Source: Felis catus | Lineage: Eukaryota | Reading direction: 5' to 3' | DNA length: 64,000 nucleotides | Assembly (NCBI RefSeq): GCF_018350175.1 | Contig: NC_058368.1 | Location: 50,097,815-50,161,814 of the forward strand | In this document: positions 12,261 to 23,613 of the stretch, piece after piece | Layout of the letters: the number at the start of each line of letters is the position of its first letter | Numbering within the stretch: position 1 is the stretch's first letter | Notes under the pieces: model-generated | What the model saw: the letters and a program-made list of their open reading frames with translations, nothing else | Databases searched by the model: none | What the model was told of the DNA's origin: nothing | Position numbers and translations under genes: made by a program

Positions 12261-12679
12261 AGAATCAGGACAGGAACTCAGAGAGCCCTTGCTCTGGGAC
12301 ATGTCTCATCACCCAGCGATATCTATCTGTTAGTGCTGTAACTGTCAAGGCTGCTTAAAATAAGGGAAATCTGCTGTCAGACCACTCAAGCTTTTCTTGA
12401 CTCACTTCAGAGATCCTTTGCGCATAACAATGAGGCTAAATAAGAAGGTCCTATCATAATAAAATTATAATTATCAGGTGTATTGATACTGATGTGTTGC
12501 TCTTACACTTTCCCATCTTTGCATTTATTGTTAACTATTTGTGTTGTATTCTAACTCAGCCATATTCAAAGTTACTACCATGGGAATTCTAGAAATTAAA
12601 CTGAGATTAATTTTACTACCAGTCTTTGAAAATATTAAGGTGACCATACTGTTTATATTGCATGCTTTTAAAGTTAAAT

Positions 12680-12929
12680 GTATTTTGTTTGACGTTTATT
12701 CATTTTTGGAGACAGAGACAGAGTGCATGCAGGGGTGGGGCAGAGAGAGAGAGACCATGTATCCCACGGTGAGGGATCCCACTATGTATCCCACACAGAA
12801 TTTGAAGCAGGCTCCAGGCTCCGAGCTGTCATCACAAAGCCTGGCATGGGGCTCGAACGCACAAACTGTGAAATCATGACCTGAGCCGAAGTCAGATGCC
12901 TAACACCAGCTGAGCCACCCAGGCACCCC
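12680..12929 (-). mobile_element. Can-SINE with an internal ~39-nt insertion
   Basis: Standard SINE body, with non-SINE sequence at 12756-12794. Confidence 0.93.
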
Positions 12930-14497
12930 TAAACTTTAAAATTTTAAATTACATATGCTTATTACTTTACCCAAGGAAATGTGATCACTAACTTCTCAGT
13001 GTGGTTTTTATTTTAAAGATATTATAGCTTATGAATTTAGATGGGGGCAATTAATGGAAAATATCAGTTAGAAATTTACTTAGGATAACCTGTCCAAAGT
13101 AATATATCTGATAGAGAGTTTATTCTCTTGATCAACATTTGACAACTGGGAACCAACATCAAGGTTTGATTTGTCTGGCAACAGAAAACCTAACAGAGGG
13201 CAGGTGTCCTTTTTGGGAAAAGCCAAAAACCATTTCTCACATTTGAGTGAAACTAAAGGTAAATTTTTTCTAAATTTATTTTTGTAAAGAACAGAGAGGT
13301 TTTCAACCACAGAAAAATATCTGTATTACAAGTTAGTGGGTTTTTGCAGACATTTTTAAAGCACCTTCACAATACCAGGTACCTTGCTAAGTGCCAGATG
13401 TTAGCAATGAGAGAATGTCCTTGTACTTGATATCTTCACTGTCTCCTTAGCACAGTGCTCTGTCTTTAGTAAGCATTCAAATGTTTGTTGCCAGAGTTTG
13501 CATCTAGAACAAACTAGGCAAATAAAGATGTGCCAAATAGCAGATAAAACAAAAGTCATTTTCCTTTAATTTGTAAGGAAATATATAATATTTTTATTTT
13601 GTCTTCTAAAAATTTATCAATAGGAAAATTTCACTAATGTGGGGGTAGATATTTAGAAAATGTAGTCAACAGAAAGATAATAGAAATATGTATGTGCGAC
13701 TGACTGACCATAGGTTAGCAAGTTCACTCTCAATGTATTGATATGCTGTTTGAGGTCAGTGTCTCTAGTGCATTTAGAAAAAACATCTTTGGAATAGGAA
13801 GTTGAAACATGTCTCTAAATTTTCCACCTCTACTGAAGGGCTTTCTGGTAAAGGGGAAAATAAGGTTTGGCATTTAGAACTAGTTTCTGGAGACTAAGAA
13901 CACCAAGTTCTATCTCTCATTAAAACTGTTTATAACCAAGCTAGATGTTACATTGAACTTTATGTACAGTTTTCCTGGTGTTATATTTAAAGTCAGGTCA
14001 CATTCACTGGTGACAAAGTTGCAGAACAAAGACAGCTTTCTAGAATCTGTTATGTAACTCAGCTCTCTCGGAGGGAGTGGGCAGGATGTTTTGGAGAAGA
14101 GAAGAAAAAGAATTAGACAACAGTACAGGGATGAGCTGAGGGAGAGGGGTTGCAGGCTTTAGCCAATGTGGTCTACCACAGGAGGTAGCAAATGACTAGG
14201 TGTTTTCTGTCCCGGTTTTAATCTTAACCAAAAGAGCAAACCTCTGATGTGCTAAAAAGCACATAATCAGATTTATGCCATGGCCTGAGGGAAGACTTGG
14301 GGGGGTAGAGGTATAATTCTGCGTAGGATTAGAGGAATGGTCTGCTTGCAGGCAGTTAAAATGGTCCCTTGACTGCCTTTAGTTCCTTGTGCACAGAGGC
14401 CATCTGGAAGATTATCATGTTATATGATTCTTAAATAGAGCCAGTGACCAGAGGTGAGTGTTGCCTTTTTGAATTTCACATGTGTAATTGAAGAACC

Positions 14498-14691
14498 TTT
14501 TTTTTTTTAAGTTTATTTATTTATTTTGAGAGAGAGAGAGAGGGCAGAGAGAGAGGGAGAGCAAGAATCCCAAGCAGGCTCCGTGTTGTCAGCACAGAGC
14601 CTGATGCGGGCTCGATCTCACAAATCCTGAGTTCATGACCTGAGCCAAACCCAAGAGTTGGATGCTTAACCAAGGAACTACCCAGGTGCCC
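14498..14691 (-). mobile_element. Can-SINE
   Basis: gaatcccaagcaggctccgtgttgtcagcacagagcctgatgcggg. Degenerate TSD tga[a/g]gaa[c/a]cttt. Confidence 0.93.
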
Positions 14692-14794
14692 TGAGGAAAC
14701 TTTATTATGCAAAGAAGTTCTATTTGTAAAAGAGAATAGTATCTCCCTAGTGTGGCTTTTTTATTTGATTTGATGTTAAGACTCTACCCCTCTT

Positions 14795-15013
14795 GGGGTG
14801 CCTGGGTGGCACAGTCGGTTAAGTGTCCGACTTCAGCCAGGTCACGATCTCGTGGTCCGTGAGTTCGAGCCCCGCGTCAGGCTCTGGGCTGATGGCTCAG
14901 AGCCTGGAGCCTGTTTCCGATTCTGTGTCTCCCTCTCTCTCTGCCCCTCCCCCATTCATGCTCTGTCTCTCTCTGTCCCAAAAATAAAAAAATAAAAAAA
15001 AAATGTTGAAAAA
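14795..15013 (+). mobile_element. Young felid Can-SINE
   Basis: CpG-rich body. Perfect 17-bp TSD aagactctacccctctt (14778-14794 / 15014-15030). Confidence 0.96.
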
Positions 15014-15063
15014 AAGACTCTACCCCTCTTTTTTTAGATATCCTTAAATTTCACAGAAGTTTA

Positions 15064-15277
15064 GGGTCACCTGAGTGGCTCAGTTGGTTAAGCATTGACG
15101 TCACCTCAGGTCATGATCTCATGGTTTGTTGGTTTGAGCCCCGCACCAGGCTCTGCACTGACAGCTCAGACCTGGAGCTTTCTTCAGATTCTGTGTCTCC
15201 CTTTCTCTCTGTCTCACTCCAGCTCACGCTTTGTCTCCGTCTCTCAAAAATGAATCAACGTTAAAAAAATTTTTTTT
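15064..15277 (+). mobile_element. Can-SINE
   Basis: 18-bp TSD aatttcacagaagtttag (15047-15064 / 15278-15295). Confidence 0.95.
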
Positions 15278-17244
15278 AATTTCACAGAAGTTTAGATTTA
15301 ATGAAATCTATGTTTCTCCCTAGAAGAAATATCCTAAAAGTTTTTCCTTTAATTGTATATGAAAATAATTATTCATGATTCACAATCTGATTGGATGTTC
15401 AGTTTTTGCCAAAACCGTATGTGCATTTTCTCCATATTCTAGTGCTTAGAACAAATACCATTTTAACATTTGACAAAATAAAACAATGTTTTCTCCTAGT
15501 GACGCAACTTTTAGAAGGTCGTTTGTATGTTATGCGGAGTGTTGTTTTTGCCTGGTGGCTATTTCCATGTTTCTACACGTGCTAGGAGACTCAGGAGTCA
15601 AGAAAGAAGCTAATCCACTGTGCTGTGTGTTGCTTCTAGGTAATAGCTGTGGAATCTTATGATGAGGGAGGAGTCAACTCATTTTTGGGAGACATCATTT
15701 AACTGTGCTGTTTCTTTACTTCCATCCCTTACTTCCTTTTGCTGACTGAATTGAATGCAGGCCGTGTTATTATTCATTCCAGAAACTGTTTTTAAAAAAT
15801 GCTTGTGATGTTACTAACACTGTAATATAAGAATGATAAATGCAGTAAACAAGTAAATACAGTGATCTGGCCAAAGTCATCAGTGACTCAAATGGGTGGA
15901 GGAAGACTTTATGACATTCTTCTGCTAATGAAGACAACTGATGCTAGGCTTTCCTGACATTTGATAAGTTGACCCAGCTCATTTTAGTCTTTAACTTTTT
16001 ACACCACCATAGGATTACATTTTAAGATCCAAGTTACTGTAGGAAAGTCACTGCCAAGTTAATGGCCAACAACTCTATGAATTTCTTGATTTATACTATG
16101 CCAGAATAATGTTCCTATTAAGTAATGTTGCATTTATTAGTTCTTCTATGCATTGCAAGATGCCACTGGTAATAGAATTTAATAAATACCTGGTTAATAG
16201 GGAACAGCTAGAAGAATTAATTTGGAACTGTCATTTCTTATAAACCTGTTCAATTCCTTTTCTAGCTCCTCAGCTAGTGATTAAAGAAAAATAATTCAGC
16301 TATGAAGGGAGAAAGCCTTCCTTCCTACATAGCTTTCTTTGTACAAATAAGAAATTAGGAATCAAAGAGTAACAGTTCTAGAAAATGCTTGAAGTTGAGG
16401 GGGTGATTTTATTATGTATATTGTCTAAAGATCTTTGTGTGAAGAAACTAGGAAAACAGAAAACAGCTCACCAGACTAAATCTTCATAAGCCATTGTTTT
16501 GTAATTTTGATTCCCGTTCAACAACATTCTGAAGGTTATTAAGTTGAGACTTTTGTCTTCTTTATTTTTAGCACATTCAAGTGTATATATAAATCTCTGG
16601 AATGTTGAAGGAGTGACATTCCACAAGTGTCAGATTTTTTTTTTTTTTCTGTTGCCCATTGTGAAGAGGAGACCAGTAAATTAAGAATGTTTGATTCTTT
16701 CTCCTATATCTGCTTTCCTTTTGCAGCTCTGTTTACAGAATAAAGAATTGCTTTTTGTACCCAGATTATTGAATAGGAAAATCACTGTTTTAAATTGCTG
16801 TTTTCTGACAGTGACTAATGATTAATTACCCAAGCTAGCATTAGTAGAAAAGCATTACTATAGTATTAAATTTCTACATGGCTTAACACTGTATTGGTGA
16901 AAAACAACAACAACAAATAACATACAATTGATGATAACTACATTTAGAACCAAAAATTGTACTCTTAAGTTATAGTTTTTAAAGATGGCTTCTTTTTTTT
17001 TGTTGTTCTGGAATGTAGCGACTTATACATATCTTTGCAGATTCTGTCAAAGCAACTTAAATGTGTTCAGTATTAGATTCTGAGGTAACTGTTGCCTTGT
17101 TTGGGGGAGTTCTGGCGCATTTAATATTTATCTAGTCATTCTGCTATGGTAACAAAGCAGTTGGTTACATATTTGAAAGAGTTAACAATAAGAACTTGCT
17201 GGCCATTTGGATGAGTTCCACTGACCCTTTAAATCTGGCAAAAT

Positions 17245-17653
17245 ACATTTGTGACAACATGGATGGACTTAGAGGGTCTTATGCTTAAGTGAAATAAATC
17301 AGACGGAAAGACAAATGCTGCATGATTTCATTTACATGTAGAATCTAAAAAACCAAGCAGAGCAAACAAACAGAAATCGATTCATAAATACAGAGAACAA
17401 ACTGGTAGTTGCCAGAGGAGAGGGATAGGGAAAATGGGTGAAGTAGGTGCGGGGGATTAAGAGGTATAAACTCTGGTTATAAAATAAAGTCATGGAGGTG
17501 TAAAATACGGCATAGGGAATATAGTCAGTTATATTATAAACATTTTGTATGAGGACAGATGGTAACTAGACTGATAATGGTGATCATTTCATAGTGTATA
17601 TAAATGTCAAATCCCTATGTTACACCACTAAAACTAATATTGTATGTTATAAC
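17245..17653 (+). mobile_element. 5'-truncated L1 3' end (carnivore/laurasiatherian type)
   Basis: catttgtgacaacatggatggacttagaggg...aagtgaaataaatcaga...aactggtagttgccagagg. TSD tctggcaaaat (17234-17244 / 17654-17664). Confidence 0.9.
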
Positions 17654-18067
17654 TCTGGCAAAATTATATGGTTCGAATCTACTTTTCAAAATAAAGATCA
17701 GTTTGAGAAAAAAATAATATGATTGATAGAAAAAATTATTCTTAGGTCCAAGAGAACTAAATTATAATGAAAGAGATTCTTACACTGCCTCTTGGAACAG
17801 AATCAAATGTTACCTTTAATAAATGTGGAACTATTTTTAGGGACATGGCTTTGAAGATAGTGTCTGTATGGTCTAAGAAGATCCTTACTATTGTTTGCTG
17901 TGCCGTTCTTCCTACTGTGTTTCTTGACTTGTTTGCTTGGTTGTTTGCCTTTTATTGGGCTCTTGGCTCTGAACCACATGTGGGGGATGGAGTAGTGACA
18001 TACATGATTTAATACTAAACTGATATCGGCATTCTTGTAATTGCATGTGTTATTTCTTTATTTTCAG

Positions 18068-18137
18068 TTTGATTAATAAACTTAAACCTGGTGTCATTAA
18101 GAAGATTAATAGACTGTCCACACCAATAGCAGGTTTG
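18068..18137 (+). CDS. LMO7: LMO7 internal coding exon (70 nt, phase 2->0): (D)LINKLKPGVIKKINRLSTPIAGL
   Basis: Acceptor tatttctttattttcAG and donor TTG|gtaagt. The phase continues the previous exon exactly, and the peptide is a CH-domain motif of LMO7. Confidence 0.97.
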
Positions 18138-18932
18138 GTAAGTAAAAAATTATCTTCAAAACTAGATTTCTTTGTTTTTGAAGTGTAAAAAGATGGGTGT
18201 AGACCGGTACTCTTATCTGGATCTGGAACTATCATAGAAATTAGGTTTGGAGTTTTTTGCTCAAGAAAAGTGTTTTTAGTGACGTTCTCCTTACACTTTT
18301 AGTTCTTTCCTTTCCCTTCTGCCAGGAGGCTTTTATTTTTTTACTTTCTGTTTGCTTTGCTTTTTGTGCCCTCAAACTTCATATATCCCCTTTCTCGGCT
18401 TATTTCTTCCACAGATTGCATTGTTTATGATCATGTTCTTTCTGAAGTTCAGCCCTGCATACTTTGTTTGCTAGTTGACCACAGTTTAGGGAAACTGTAG
18501 ATGTTCACCAGTTGTTACATATCTGTTGCTTCTGCTTAGGGATGACTCTCACTTAGCACACTTCGATCTTGGAGAGTATTTCCAACACTTTTGCTTTATA
18601 TAGTAGATTTCCTACTAGTGTTCTGTGTGATATTGGGTAGGTCACTGTTTTCTTTGCCTCAGTAATACTACCCATGAAACAACTATGGGATAAGTCTTTA
18701 GATTCCTTCTAGCTTTAAATTTAGATTCTGTGTGTGAAAAATACCCTACACTGTCATTACATAGATACTCTGGTGGGTCAATAATAATTGAAAGACCAAT
18801 AACAAGGTGGGGCTGTATCTTTGAAAGAAATAATTTATAATTAAGTACACATGATGGGTTATTTTCAAAATGTTAGCAACTCCTAAGATTCAAGGCTGAT
18901 CATAGAAGTCAGTTTAACAAAACTAATTTTAT

Positions 18933-19151
18933 GGGGCACTGGGTGGCTCAGTCAGATAAGTATCTGACTTCAGCTTAGGTCATGATCTTGCAGTCCGTGA
19001 GTTCGAACCCCACATCGGGCTCTATGCTGACAGCTCAGAGCCTGGAGCCTGCTTCAGATTCTGTGTCTCCTTCTCTCTCTGCTCCTCCCCTGCTCATGCT
19101 CTGTCTCTCTCTGTCTCTCAAAAATAAATAAACGTTAAAAAAATTAAAAAA
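18933..19151 (+). mobile_element. Can-SINE
   Basis: 14-bp TSD aaaactaattttat (18919-18932 / 19152-19165). Confidence 0.95.
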
Positions 19152-19203
19152 AAAACTAATTTTATAATACACTGAAGTTTAAGACAGCTAATAACCTGGA
19201 ATT

Positions 19204-19251
<48 letters not shown>
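19204..19251. repeat. (TAGA)12 tetranucleotide microsatellite
   Basis: Perfect repeat, directly visible. Confidence 0.97.
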
Positions 19252-19254
<3 letters not shown>

Positions 19255-19831
19255 AATCATCTTTGCAATAGTCAAGCTGCTTATTATATTCAAGAACTTT
19301 TTTTTTTGGCCAACCATTTGTTTGCAGATGTCAGAGGCATGAAGGATTAAAGGGTAACAGCATCAAAATTTCTGGATTTGCAGCTGGTATGAAAATCTCA
19401 TTACAGTTTTATAGGAATAAGTTAGTCACACATTGTGTATTATTGGAAAATAACTGTCTAGGAGAGAAGGAAAGAAGAGTTTTAGAGCTTTCTTTTTTCT
19501 TTGAAAGATCAATTATAATTTTCTTTTGAAACATAGAATATATGTAAAGTTCTCAGAGCAGCTGGGCTCAAATATGAATTACTTCTTTCTTACCAAGTTA
19601 ATTCTATTCCATTTCTATCATGACATGATTTCTATCATGACGTGATATTTTTATTGGTCTCAAATTTGGTTAGGTAAAAAACCTATCAGGCATGCATATA
19701 TTGCTATATATTGAAGATATGTATATGAATGTATAGCAATATACATATATGTATGAATTACTTCTAGTAATTTATAGTCAGTAATTCATAGTCAGAAGGT
19801 ATTATTTAAGGAATAAAATTAAAGAAGTTTG

Positions 19832-20059
19832 TTTTTTTTATTAAAAAAATTTTTTAAATGTTTATTTTTGAGAGAGAGAGTGAGAGAGACAGCATGAGCA
19901 GGGCAGGGGCAGAGAGAGAGGGAGACACAGGATCTGAAACAAGCTCAAGGCTCTGAGCTGTCAGCACAGAGCCTGATGCAGGTCTTGAACCCATGAACCT
20001 CGAGATCATGACCTGAGCTGAAGTCAGATGCTTAACCAACTGAGCCACCCAGATTCCCC
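19832..20059 (-). mobile_element. Can-SINE
   Basis: Standard body. TSD aaagaa[g/a]tttg. Confidence 0.95.
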
Positions 20060-20789
20060 AAAGAAATTTGGTTTTTGAAGTCTTTCTAGGAAGAGACATT
20101 CAGTTTAATAAAAATAACTAAGTCTTATATGAAAATCATTTTTATGAAATAATTTCTGTGAAAATTAAAAGTTTGAATTATATTGAAAATCTTAAGTGTC
20201 TCCAGTTTTTCTTACTTTAATATTTACATTGTGAATTGTCATTTCTTGGATCAATTATACACATTTTAAATGAAATTAGCCTTTGATTTCAAACACCCTG
20301 CATATTTGGAATTCTTGAATTGTGGTGGTTTGTTGTTACTGGTCACTAGAGGTTTTATTCAATCTTCTGATTCTATGATTAGATATAAGCCAAATGTTTT
20401 TTATATTTAAATACAACAATCTCTCTAAGTATTTCTCCTTCAAGCATGAAAATTCTATCTAGTTTGGATTTTATCTCTAGAAACTAAAATGAGATGCATT
20501 TCCAGAATATTAAATGGGATGATTTCCCAAGTATAGGACACTGAACACTTTTAGTGGGGTGTAGGAGCATAAGAATCACCACAGTTGTAGAATTGACTAC
20601 AGTTGGTTTGAAGTTGTTATCATGCCACATGGACTCCTTCTTTCCATGCTTGTATGTCAGGATGGTTATGTCAAAACTTCTTGAAGCCTCAGTTTGAAGT
20701 GTGCATTAGAGCTCCAGCATCTATCTGGTAGGGTTGTCATATGTGGACAGAAAGGGATTATATAGTGTGACATACAGGTCCTTTTGTAG

Positions 20790-21000
20790 CACATTCATTT
20801 TTTTAACAAATAGTTGAGTGCCTACTAGGTCAAGAATGTTTCTGGTTTGTAGGGATATATTGGAGGAATAAAGACAGAGAAGGACTTTATCCCCAAAGAG
20901 CTTAATGTTGTAGTGGTGGAGCAGGATCTGGAAAATAAATTAGTAAATGGGCAAGAAAACACCAGATATATAAATGTGCTGCAATGAATTATAATAGCCT
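20790..21000 (-). mobile_element. L2 3'-end fragment
   Basis: cattcattttttaacaaatagttgagtgcctactaggtcaag resembles the reverse L2 terminus. Confidence 0.6.
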
Positions 21001-21280
21001 GACATTTATTGAACACACATGAGGAATCGTAGTTGGACTATGAAGTTTGACCTCGAAGAACTCCTCAAGAAAACGTATGTTAGAAGCCTTCATTTTCGAT
21101 GTGTATAGAAGAAAGATAAAAAGTCTGAGCCAGACTTTTTATACTAGAAATTTTTTTTTGTTCACAGCAACATAATGATTGATATTTATGGGAGGCAAAA
21201 ATTTTTTTTGAATGAATAAATGAAAAAGGGTTCAGTCGTGAAAAATAGTAAGCTCCAGAATTAGGTCTTTGAAGGAAGAG

Positions 21281-21734
21281 TGTTATAGGTTGAATTGTGT
21301 TCCCCCTCTACCCCTACTCACCAAAACATAACATATTGAAGTCCTAAACCCCAGTACCTCAGGGTGTGACATTATTTGTGAATAAGGTTGGTGAAGATGG
21401 GGTCATAATTGGTGGGGCGGGGGGGGAAACTGGTCTACTATGACTGTTGTCCTTATAAAAAGATGGCTATGTGAGTACAGATACACCCAGGAGGAATGCC
21501 ATGTGACAACTGAGGACTGAAGTGATGCATCTACAGGCAAGGAACACTAAAGATTGCCAGCAAACCACAAGAAACTAGGAAGAGGCAAGGAATAATTTCT
21601 TTACAGGTTTTATAGAGCCCATGGCTTTGTGGACACCTTGATTTTGGACTTTTAGCCTCCAGAACTGTGAGACAATAAATCTTTGTTTTTTTCAGCTACC
21701 CAGTTTATGGGTAGGAAACTAGGAAACTAATACA
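21281..21734 (+). mobile_element. MaLR solo LTR (MLT1 family)
   Basis: TG...CA ends: tgttataggttgaattgtgt...ttttggacttttagcctccagaactgtgagacaataaa...ggaaactaataca. Confidence 0.9.
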
Positions 21735-21769
21735 GCTAGGTAGTATTTTTTATCTGATACTTGCTTTTT

Positions 21770-21965
21770 AAAAAATTTTTTGAGATAAATATAGTTTCAT
21801 GGGAAGTTGGAAAAAAAACAGTACAAAGAGGTCCTCTGTGACCTTCACCCAGTTTCTCTCATGGTAATATTTTGCATAATTGTGATATAGTATTAAAGCC
21901 AGGAAATTGACATTGGTATGTCCAAAGACCTTAATCTGATTCACCAATTTTATATGCAGTTATGC
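21770..21965 (-). mobile_element. Old L1 (L1MC/MD-like) 3' fragment
   Basis: cttcacccagtttctctcatggtaatattttgcataat...aaagccaggaaattgacattggta. Confidence 0.65.
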
Positions 21966-23104
21966 TTTTTTTAGTAATAAAAAGAGCATAGATGCTTTCA
22001 AGCTAAGTGAGATGAAGTGTTTTATTTTCAGGATTTTTCAGAGGACTCTGTCATTAATTCAGTGTTCAGTCATAAATATGGCAGCCACATTCCACATGAT
22101 TACTTTTTTCTACCCCATTGCAAATAGGAAATGGTGTCTCTCAGTCGAGGGTCCCAAGAGAAGAGTCTGAATGAATCAAATTACCTTGTCTTTCCAGGCT
22201 GCAAATATCATAGGTCACTGGCCAGCTGACGGATGTGTTCCTTGAGAAGGGAGTCATCTTGGCAAAATGGGTTGTAGTCAGGCTGGTAGCCTTTGGCTCA
22301 CTGAGTTCAGGTGTGTGGGTTAAAGAGGATTCTGTGAATGAGGTTTCTCTAGGGTAGATACACCATATTAAATTAAATATAGTAAAAATTATACAATTTC
22401 TGTGCTCCAAGCCCTGTTTTCTATCATTCCATTCTTATTCTCTTTCCTTCAGCTATAACTTCCATCCACTTCATGTCAGCTACTCTGTGTATTTAGCTTT
22501 GAAGCCAAGACGATGTGTTTACTGTTTGTAGGTAGACCTGTGTGGAACACATGAATATCCTCTGAGCAATGACAATATGGAGAGAGGTGTTTAGCTGATT
22601 TGGAAATATATTGAATGCTTTGCTTGAAACATTCATATGATTTTACGATTTTTTCTTTCCCTTTTGGAGAAACGTTAACCATGTTCTCATAGATCTAGAG
22701 ATATGGCTTTTCTCACTTAATACTAAGTTCTAATTTTTCAAGAAATAGATTTTCCCTATCTTTTCTATTTTTTTATATTCTTCACAAAGCGATGCCCCCC
22801 AAAAATCTAACCAGTCTGAATTTTCCAAAAAATTAGCTGCTGTTAAATGTGGGTATGTTCAATTCATTGAAACTCAAAACTAAAACTTTATTTGGGAATT
22901 AAAAAACTCAATCTCAGAACAAAACCATGAGAAACAGGCAAGATATTCTGATGGTGAAAAGAGTCATTGAACCAGAATAATGTTTACCATCTGATGTCTT
23001 AGTGTGCCTGAAATACAATATGTGCAGAGAACATCAAGGAAGTTATTAATCCCAAGACTTATAGTAGTCTTGGACCCCTGATGATTTAGTTGTATTTACT
23101 AAAG

Positions 23105-23333
23105 CAAGGTTTCTCAACCTTGGCACCACTATTGACATTTTGGGCCAGATCATTCTTTGTTTAGGGGGTGGTCTTTCCTGTGCATTGTAGAATGTTTAGC
23201 AACTTCCCTAGGTTTTACTTACTACATGCTGGTAACACCATGCTCCCCAGCCCCAAAGGATGACCACTAAAAATGTCTTCTGACATTGCCAATGACCCCT
23301 ATGGAGTAAAATCATGCCTGGCTGAGAGCCATG
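23105..23333. mobile_element. MER20 (hAT-Charlie) non-autonomous DNA transposon
   Basis: caaggtttctcaaccttggcaccactattgacattttgggccagat...gacattgccaa...ggctgagagccatg with terminal inverted repeats. Confidence 0.85.
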
Positions 23334-23480
23334 GAGATAAAGAGTTGAGAAAATAAACGCTACCCCTTTGCATGGGCTGGTTTGTTGACTGAGTATAGAT
23401 TTGAGTGATCTACTCATGCCTGCTATTTCAATTGCAGTTTCTCTGAGAAAAGGAATCGTATTCTAGAAAATTTGGTTTGA

Positions 23481-23613
23481 GGGGCCCCTGGGTGGCTCAG
23501 TTGGCTAAGCATGCAACTGACTCTTGATCTCAGCTCAGGTTTTGATCTCACATTTGTGAGTTCAAGCCCCACATTGGGCTCTGCACTGGGCATGAAATCT
23601 ACTTTAAAAAAAA
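23481..23613 (+). mobile_element. Short Can-SINE variant
   Basis: ggggcccctgggtggctcag head and A tail. TSD agaa[a/t]atttggtttga. Confidence 0.92.
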
